From positions 10,777-74,776 of the forward strand of contig JAHEKF010000006.1 of assembly GCA_024638465.1 (NCBI GenBank): a stretch of DNA of 64,000 nucleotides, written 5' to 3'. Below the pieces are notes generated by a model. The model worked only from the letters and a program-made list of their open reading frames with translations, ran no database searches and was not told the DNA's origin. The position numbers and the translations under genes were made by a program. Below, one piece after another: positions 63,909 to 64,000 of the stretch (positions within the stretch are counted from its first letter, which is position 1; each line of letters opens with the position of its first letter). Origin of the DNA: Rhodospirillaceae bacterium (GTDB lineage Bacteria > Pseudomonadota > Gammaproteobacteria > Steroidobacterales > Rariloculaceae).

Positions 63909-64000
63909 ATCCGTATCCTTCGTCGCTCATCCTTGAGCTTCCGACACGCAGAGAACCCTCTCGCGGTACCGGGCTGAAGTGACTAATGTGCCTGCCGATC

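Noticed and set aside
63891-64000. A possible partial upstream gene on the minus strand: an open frame from the window edge to TGA at 63891-63893, overlapping the TlpA-like start.
   Set aside because: Only about 36 codons are visible. Third-position GC is modest and no motif is present, so this is not enough evidence to call a feature.

Overview
This is a 64-kb chromosomal segment of a high-GC Gram-negative bacterium. Hand counts of sample lines give about 60% GC. Gene content suggests a marine Gammaproteobacterium, but that is inference only. I call about 65 protein-coding genes. I found no rRNA, tRNA, CRISPR array, transposase or integrase. Family names come from motif recognition by eye and memory. 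No database search was run.

Layout, left to right:
- (1) fdsG-fdsB, the start of an NAD-dependent formate dehydrogenase operon. fdsB runs off the window.
- (2) A 14.5-kb isoprenoid supercluster. A complete mevalonate pathway is nested inside hopanoid genes: HMG-CoA synthase, an HMG-CoA reductase::mevalonate kinase fusion, phosphomevalonate kinase, diphosphomevalonate decarboxylase and IDI-1 sit among hpnM, hpnH, hpnA, hpnN and hpnG. Squalene synthase and a divergent ispA complete it. No squalene-hopene cyclase or thiolase is present.
- (3) Housekeeping and accessory genes: apt, sulfotransferase, TonB-dependent receptor, glyoxalase, flavin monooxygenase, two MFS transporters, FG-GAP protein, acyl-CoA ligase, MerR-TPR regulator, GT4, DksA/TraR-like protein, indolepyruvate-type oxidoreductase, threonine dehydratase, CDF exporter and a ModF-like ABC ATPase.
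- (4) A compositionally mosaic, partly low-GC island at about 38.1-42.5 kb. It holds six small same-strand genes, each followed by a copy of a conserved motif (core GCTTYTGGCCG). This is cassette-array-like, but it has no integrase and no canonical attC boxes.
- (5) Secreted and metal-related small genes (DUF6152-like pair, CPXCG, MerC-like), an SDR, and glnK-amtB with a recognisable NtrC site, sigma-54 promoter and terminator.
- (6) A translationally coupled five-gene operon of the rSAM/selenodomain-associated ('arsenosugar') type, interleaved with a TVP38 membrane protein and a MerA-like flavoprotein. A divergent [2Fe-2S] ferredoxin sits next to it.
- (7) A compact 10-gene envelope operon: one ExbB, two ExbD, an AgmX/PglI-type TonB-like protein, three TPR proteins of up to 938 aa, two small secreted proteins and a TlpA-like redoxin. 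It resembles the conserved 'core' of the Myxococcus Agl/Glt machinery, whose function outside gliding bacteria is unknown.

Many long ORFs in the six-frame track are antisense artefacts of high GC and were rejected.
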